This document shows, piece after piece, positions 42,301 through 51,300 of a stretch of 64,000 nucleotides of DNA (position 1 is its first letter; each line of letters opens with the position of its first letter). The notes below the pieces were generated by a model. That model was not told the DNA's origin. It was given only the letters and a program-made list of their open reading frames with translations, and did not search any database. The position numbers and the translations under genes are program-made. Source of the DNA: Patescibacteria group bacterium (GTDB lineage: Bacteria > Patescibacteriota > Patescibacteriia > UBA10025 > JAHIVO01); assembly GCA_041660605.1 (NCBI GenBank), contig JBAZWB010000001.1:137295-201294 (forward strand), written 5' to 3'.

Positions 42301-45300
42301 ACCAGTGGGGCAAAGACCATGACTAATGTAACGACGATCAATGGCAATCTCACCATGACCGGTACCGTCACAGCCTCCACGAGCACCTCGGGCCAAACCA
42401 CGGTGGCCGGCGACGTCAGCATCGGTACGGGGACGACCCTGACCGTGGATACGGCGAATCTGGTGGTCAATGGCGGTGACATCACTGGTGACGGTACGTT
42501 GACATATAATGGTACACCGACGGTATCACTTGATGGGAACGGCAGTTTCGGTGGGAATACCGCCTGGTCATTCTGGAATCTTACGTTCGCTGATGCAGCG
42601 TGTGCCACATTATATTCGAACGCGACAGGCAGTGGTGGGATAACGGTCAATAATGTCATGACCACCGCAAGTCAGCCCGGGGCGTGCATAGAAGTTGATG
42701 AAGTCAGTAATGCACATGACCTATACGCCGGATCAAAGACCTGGACGATCGCCGGCAGCGGCACGTCGTACGTGAAGAATAGGGGAGTATTGACGCCGGA
42801 AACCTCGACTTTCATTTACAGCGGTACTGGTTCAACGACAGTTGCCCTTGGACCGTATAATAATCTCACCTTACAGCCCTCGACCGGCACACCGACGTAT
42901 ACGCTGCAGAATTCCACGTACTCAATCGGCGGCAACCTGGTTATTGTGCCGGATATCACAGCCGGCACCTCTACCGTTAATATGACCGGCACTTCCAACA
43001 CCATCACGGGTGGCGGGCGGTCAATATATAACCTGACCATTAATCCAGCGACAGCCGGCACGATTACTTTGCAGACCTCCGGGCTGACGGTGGCTCACAA
43101 CTTGATTGTTTCCAGCGGCGATATTTTTTCTGTTGGCGCGGTGGACCTGACGGTGACCGGCACCTCCACAATCACCGGTACGCTCACTTTATCGTCTGCC
43201 ACTGGCACGAAGATTTTTACCGGCCTGGTGACGGTCAGCACGACCACCGGTACCTGGAACAATTCCGGCAATTCAGCTATAACATTCCAGGGCGGGCTGA
43301 CCAATAATAATGTATTTACAGCCGGTACCGGTGTCTATACCTTCGATACCAATGACCAGGCCATCGGCGGCACCAGCACTATCGCCATTCCCAGCGTAAC
43401 CGTGACTACTATTACCCTGACCAATAATGGCACTCTTACCGTCACCACGGCGCTGGCCGGTACCGGCGGCATTACGAACGACACAACTGGTTCACTCCAT
43501 ATAGACGTGGCGGCAGCCAGCTTAACTCTGACGACCCTTACCGCTACCGCTTCCGGCAATACGGTTGATTATGGGTATGCCGGCGCGCAGACCGTCCACG
43601 ACAACAGTTATCACCACCTGACCTTGAGCGGCAGCGGAGACAAGACCATGCCCGCCGGCACTAAGAATATAGGCGGTAATTTGACTTTGAGCGGTACCGC
43701 GACCGCTACTACATATAGCGGAGTAGGCACAACATCAGTAACCGGCGATGTCAGTATTGGTACGGGAACAACATTGACCATCGCTAAAGACATACTCGTC
43801 AGTGGCGGGGACATTACCGGTGACGGGAACTTGACATACATTAATACGCCGATTGTTTATCTGTCCGGTGCTGGTAACTTCGGTGGTGCGACCAATTGGA
43901 GCTTCTATGATTTGATTTTTTCTATCAGCAGCAGTCCAAACACAACGACCACGGCGATAGGCGCAGGACAGATAACGGTCGCGTCAGTTCTGACAATTAG
44001 CAGTTGGAATGATGGATTTGGGGAGACATATTATCATAATCTGGACGCTGGCTCAAAGACCTGGACTTTGAGCGGATCCGGTACGCCGTTTACTGGAAAT
44101 GCGACACTGACGCCAAGTGCCTCGACCTTCGTTTACAGCGGGACAAGCGCAACGACAGTCGACGCAGGACCTTACTACAACCTCAGCCTGCAGCCCGCCT
44201 CTCCGCCGGACTATGTGATCTATACCATCGGGGACACCACAGTCGGCGGCAATCTCGTCATGAGCACGCTTGCGCAAAAATTAATTACCCAAGTTGGAAC
44301 TTCCACAGTTACCATGACGGGCACCTCCAATACTATCACCAGCGGTGGTCAGTCATTATACAATCTGACCATTAACCCAAGTTCAGCAGGCACCATCACG
44401 GTGCAAACTGACGATTTCCAGGTGGATGGCGCGCTTGACATCGCTGATAACGATACATTCTCCATCCCTACGGGCCGCACGGTTACCAGCATTGGGGCGA
44501 TCACCTTGAATACGTCCGGTACGGTAAGCGGAGCGGGAACGCTATCCTTAGATTATCGTTCGACTGGCCTAGGGACTGGCGGTACGGTGAGCTGCATCGT
44601 CCGGTTTGACACGACCAGTGCGAGTATTGGAGCCGGTACGTTTGACGCCCGCACGTATGGTGGCTTGGTACAATTGTATAATAATCAGCAGACATTAGAT
44701 CGGGTGATTACCGCACCGGCTACTGGCACGTTTGTATTCAGCGGAGGCCTCACGATGAGGGTTAATAATCAGTACGGAGAGCTGACAGCCGATTTTGACG
44801 ATACGACTGACCCGACGGTCACGGTGACAGGCAGCGTTACGATTCCTGCGGGCGGCACATTCCTGGCACCTAGCAGTACGACGCTATCCGTTGGCGCGAG
44901 CTTCTCAAACTCCGGTACCTTCACCCACAACTCCGGCACGGTGGCCCTGACTACCTCGGCGGCCGCGACAATAACAGGCAATACCACCTTTAATAACCTG
45001 TCAGTGACCGGCATCGGCGCAGCCAAGGCCATCACCTTCACCGGCAGTTCAGTGACGACGGTGGCCGGCACCTGGACCGTTACCGGCACGGCCGGCAACC
45101 TGATCACCCTGCAGTCCTCGGATACCAATAACTGGACTATCAACCCTGCGGCCGCCTCGGTTTCCTACGCCAGCATCTCCCGGTCAACTAATACCGGCAT
45201 CTCGTTCTGCGCCATTTATTCTACCAATGGCGGCAATAATGCCGGATGGAATATCTCAATCGGGCCTATTTGTGAGTCAGTTTCCATTACGGGGATCATC

Positions 45301-48300
45301 TATACGGATGAAGGGTCGACGTTATATAATTGCGCATCGAATAATCTGACTATTGCCGTCAAGGTTAATGGTTATGGTACGTACAGCAGTACCTGTACAA
45401 CCGCTGACGGGGAATATGTATTAAGTGACGTGATGGTTGATGGGACCAATGATGTGCTGACTGTTTTTCTGAATAATGAAACGCCAAACGCCGTAGCCGT
45501 CTCAAAAATTGCCGATACGCCAGCGGGTATTAATAATTTAAATCTGTACCAGGATAAAGTAATCGTCCGGCACGAAAGCTCTTCAGCCATGACCAATGCG
45601 AATCTGGACAAGTATGATTTCGTCAACGAAGGCAGTGACGGCGATATAGGGTTTACTGTCACGACTAATAATATTACCGTGGCCTCCGGCTGGGAGCTGC
45701 ACGTCTGGACTGGCGATACGTATGACCCGGGCGGTACGGTTACGACCAACGCGACCGGCGGTGATCTGCACGTGGACGATAGTGCGGTAGTCTATCTGGA
45801 TACGGCTACTAATGCCATTGGCCGGGATATTCTGGTTGACGGTAGCGCCACCCTGAACATTGATGCTGATACGACCGTCTCCGGCGGCGATATCACCATT
45901 TCAGGAAGCGGGGCGACGGTTACAAAATCCACCGGCACGCCAACTGTGACAATTACCGGCACCGGCAGTATCGGCGGCGGCACGACGCCCTCAATAAGCT
46001 TTTACAGCCTGACCGTCGGCACGGCTACAGCCGCCAGCACGACAGCTGCAAATAATATTTCTGTTACCAATACCCTTAATGTCGATACCAGCGATTCTTT
46101 GGCTATTGCCTCGGGAATGACTGTCACACATAGCGGCGCCACCCTGACTTTGAATGGCACGATATCCGGCGCTGGGCGCTTAACCTATAAGAGCTCCACG
46201 GCTTTCCCGACCGGCGGTACCATTTCTTCAATATTACGCTTTGATTCCTCGTCTAATAATCAAGATTTGAGTTCGCGGACCTATGGCGGTAACGTGGAAA
46301 TTTACGGCAACAACGCATCAAATATTGTTACGGCAGCATCAGGTACTTATACAATCAGTGGTAGCTTGACCACAAGCCAGGATGGGACAGGCGCTACCGC
46401 GTTGGATTTGAATGCCAACGCCCCCAATCTGACGGTCAATGGCGCGTTGACCGTCGGTGCTAATACGATCCTCAGCTCCACTGCCAACATACTAGATGTG
46501 AAGGGTAATCTAACTAATAATGGAACATTTTCTAATAACGGCGGCACGGTACGCCTCAGTGGCACTTCACAGCAGACCATGTCCGGCTCCTGGAATGGGG
46601 CTCAACTTGCCGACCTGACAGTTACCAATAATTCCGGGTCTGATCCGGATACCAGTCCATCAGTTATTTTTTCCTCCTCAGTTTCACTTAATGGCACCTT
46701 TACTGCCGCTACCGGCGGAACCAAGCTAAGGTTCAACACTGGCATCACTTTTTGGGCTTATGGCTTGACCCTAACGGGTTCAGCCGGCAATCTGGTTTAC
46801 CTGCGCAGTTCCACGTCGGGTACGGAAGTGACTTTTGAATACGGCGGTTTGGCCCAGAGCGTCACCTATGCTGATGTCAAAGACATGGACAATGGTGGTG
46901 GTACCGTCATAAACGCCACCGGAACCGGTAACGTCAATTCCGGCAATAATACCAACTGGGACTTCGGCTCTATCCGCGTAGCTGGTACGATTTATTCCAA
47001 TGACGGAGTAACGCCCTATAACTGCAGTTCGGACAATTTGACTATCAAGGTTTCGACGAATGGCGGGGCGGTTAATTCCGGCACCTGCACGGCAGCCAAC
47101 GGCACATTTGTCATGACTAATATAACTAAGCCCGGTGCCATAGACCAGCCAATTGCCCTGTTAATTGACAGCGGGGAAACACCGCAGGCGACTTCTGTCA
47201 CGTTGGCAGCCAGTACCCTTGGTGACGCGAATATGGATTTATACCAGAACCGACTGATTATTGACTCCGAGACCGGTACCACAATGACCGATATTTTATT
47301 GGATACAGCGGACAACAGCGGTGATGCCGGAATACGTTACGCTATTGCCAGCGGTAACCTAAGCGTGTCGAGCGGGCTCGGCTTGTGGGTATGGACTGGG
47401 AAGAACTTTACCCCCGGCGGGACAGTCACTACGCCGGCGTCCGGCACTGCTGCCGGAGGCGCTGGAGATGTCAATATTGCAGCCAGCGCGACGCTTAATA
47501 TGGCTGCCAACGCGCTTTCAGTCGGCGGCGATTTTACTAACAGTGGAACATTTACTATAACTTCAGGCCAGGCAACGACATTTACCGCCACGGGTACCGA
47601 TTTCGCGATTGACGACGGTACGGCAACTTTTCAGAATATTATTTTTAATGGTTCCGGCGGAGGCTGGTCATTTAGTTCAGCGGTAACCTTGTCAGGTGAT
47701 TTGACGATGACTGCCGGCATGCTTTCCGGCACCAGCGACATCACCGTCAATGGGAACGACATTACCGGCAATGGCACTATTAATTTAACGGGTGGCACGG
47801 TTTCCCTGCCGGATACCGGCAGTCTGGGAGGGGATGCGGCCTGGACGTTTTATAATCTTTCCCTGACTCAGGCAAGTTTTACTGATAAAACAACCACTGC
47901 CATCGGCAGCGGCAGTATCACTGTCAGCAATGTTTTAAGAGGCTATAGTGCTTATGACGCGGGTAGCGACCATGATTATTTCCATATTCTCGCGGCAGGG
48001 TCGAAAACGTGGATACTGTCAGGCACCGGCACTCCATTTGCGAATGGCGGTCTTCTCGTCGGCGATACTTCTACGTTCCGCTATACCGGCAACGGGGCGA
48101 CTAATATCGCTTCTGCCGAGGATGCTACTACGAATTATTATTATAACTTAGAGCTAAAACCATCCGGTACCGCCACTTATACCCTGCCTGACGCAATTGT
48201 TAGCACGCCCCAGCGAGTGAACGGCAATCTGATAATTGGCAACGGCACTAATTCAGTTACCGTCGATGGCACGACGAATAATCCATATTATAATATCGGC

Positions 48301-51300
48301 GGCAATGTTACCTGTACTACGGGTGCTGGGACGAATACTGTCCAAACCGGCACTGCTACCTGGGCCATCGCGGGTGATTTTGATCTCTCGAATTGCGACG
48401 TATTTACCGCGACTGCGGGGAACACTATTACGCTTTCCGGCACGAGCAAAACCTACACGCATAATAACCTGGCCGGCAACCCCTATAATTTGAATATTAC
48501 TGGCACGATTGCCGAATCAACGCCCGGCACCAACTATATTGATAATAACCTAACTATCAGCGGTACATTCACCAGCACGGCGGCTACTCTAGGCGTTGGC
48601 AATACTTTTACTAATAATGGTACGTTTAACGCGAATAATGGCGATGTTGTCTTCAGCGGCAGCAGCGGTATAATTGCCGGTTCCAGCACTACGACTTTCT
48701 TCGGCCTTTTCGTCCAGCCTACCGGCAGCGGCACGGTGACGGTCAATGGCTCCAATCCTACGGTAACGGACGACCTTTCTGTCGCTACCGGAGACACCCT
48801 CTCAATAAGCAGCGGGCAAATATTATCGCATACCGGCGGTACGATTGACCTGCTTGGAATAATGTCAGGCGACGGCCTGTTACGAATTACTAACGGATCG
48901 AGTGGTCCTGGCACGACCGGCACTCTCAATGTTGATGTGCGCTATGAAAATGGCATATCGGAGACCACGCTTGATGCCAGGACTTATGGCGGGGATGTGG
49001 AATTTTATATTGATTCTGAGGCTTTAATGTCAGCATCATCCCGGATGGCCAGCGGCACTTATAATTTCAATGGCAATTTGTACATAAATGCCGTCAATAA
49101 CGCCAATATTTCTTTAGAGGGGAATTTTAATAATCCAACGGTTAATGTCACCGGTAATATTGATTTTCTCGGATCGGGTCCTGGAATGGAAATCATCCAG
49201 ACAGGCACCGGCACCTGGACGGTCGGTGGAAATATCGATTTTACTGATGGCACTTATACGGCAACAACGGGAAATACGCTGACCATGAACGGCGCAGACG
49301 CCACTATTAATACCGGCGGCAATAGTTTGTATAATTTCAGCACTTCAGGCACCGGCATTATCACTACCGCATCTGCCATTACAGTGACTAATGATGTGAG
49401 TATCGGCACTGGCAGCACATTGCGCGCCAATACAGATACCAGCGTAGCGGGTGATTTGACTGGCGATGGCACGCTGACTTACACCAGCGGCACGCCTACG
49501 GTCACTATGTCTAATACAGGCAATATTGGCGGTGCGACAGCCTGGACATTTTACAATTTGACGCTGTCTGCTGATGCCTCCAGCGATTACACGACTACCG
49601 CTGCTGGCATCGGCAACATTAACATTGATAATGTTTTAACCACCGAATCGGCTGACTGCGGCGTGGACTGTTTTCGTTATCATTACCTTAATGGCGGGCT
49701 GAAGACCTGGACGCTCACTGGTTCCGGTACGCCGTTTATAAATAATGGATCATTGACGCCGGCAAGCTCTACCTTTGTTTTTTCAGGAACGTCAGCCACA
49801 ACTGTTGCCGGAGCGACGTACAATAATTTATTGCTCCTGCCGCCGAGCGGTACGCCAACCTATACGTTGGCCGGATCGCAATATATTGCCGGCGATTTTT
49901 CAATGGCGGCTGGACTAACCATGGATGCCGGTGCGTATACGGTTACGATGGCCGGCACAAACAACAGCATCATCAGTAACGGTCAAACACTGTATAATTT
50001 AACGATCGATCCGGCGACGACCGGCACTATTACTGTACAGACAGGCAATCTGACAGTCTCAAACAATCTGCGAATTGAAGCGGGCGATACTCTGGCCATC
50101 GACAACGGCGTGACGCTGGCCCACACCGGGAATGATTTGATCATCTTGGACAGCGCGAGTACGATTGCGGGTCCCGGCCGGCTGACTTACCGCAGCGCCA
50201 CGGCGTTTCCCACTGATGGTACGTTATCAGCTGGCCTGATCCTGCGGCTGGATACGACTAGTACCAACCAGACGATGAGCAGCCGGACTGATTATCAGCT
50301 GGTGGAAATCGACAACAGCGGAGCCACCGGCGGCCGGACGGTAACCATAGGTTCGGGTACTGCGCAGACCGTTACTACGTCGGGCGCTTTGTCCGTCCTG
50401 TCTTCCGGTAGCGGTTCAGTTGAGTTGGCGGGAGCGACATATAATCCAGCGGTCAATATCGGGGGAGACCTGAGCTACACGGCGGGAGGAGGGACGAAGA
50501 CCATAACGACCGGGACTGGCACCTGGACCGTTTCCGGCAATGTCAATCTGACTAATGGCACCTTTACCAAAAGCACCGGCCATACGCTTGTTATGAACGG
50601 TTCTTCTAAGACGCTTACTTCGGCTGCACAGATATTGGAGAACCTGACGCTTTCCGGCACCATTACGCTGGCTAATGCCACCCACACAGTCAATGGCAGC
50701 CTGACGTTAAGCGGAACGGTAACTGCCGGATCCTCTAATGTAACCATGACGGGTACGTCGAATACTATCGTCGGTGGTGGAAATATTTTAAGTACATTGA
50801 CCATAAATCCTTCATCCACCGGTACAATCACGTTACAGACCTCTGACTTAACTGTTTCCGGGACGCTGAGTGTTGCCGCAGACGATACATTGAGCATTGA
50901 TACCAGTCGCACTGTGACTGCTGTAGATACGTTAGTCATTAATGGCACCATTTCAGGCGCCGGACGTTTAACATTCAAGGGCTATACCTTCCCGGGTACC
51001 GGCACCGTGAGCTCAATCGTCCGGATGGACGCGACCGATGCCGGCTCAGGCCAGAATATCGGCGCCCGGACATTCGGCGGCTTAGTTGAGATATATAATA
51101 ATTCCGCCAGCAGTAACCGGATTGTTTCTCTGCAAAGCGGTACGTTCAATTTCAGCGGCGATGTCAATCTTACCGCCGCCAACAATCAAAATGTAACCCT
51201 CGATGGTTCGGGTAATGATTCCACCGTCAACATCACTGGTAACCTTGATTTCACTGGAGCAGGCTCCGGCAGTGAAATTATCGCTTCCGGCACCGGCACT

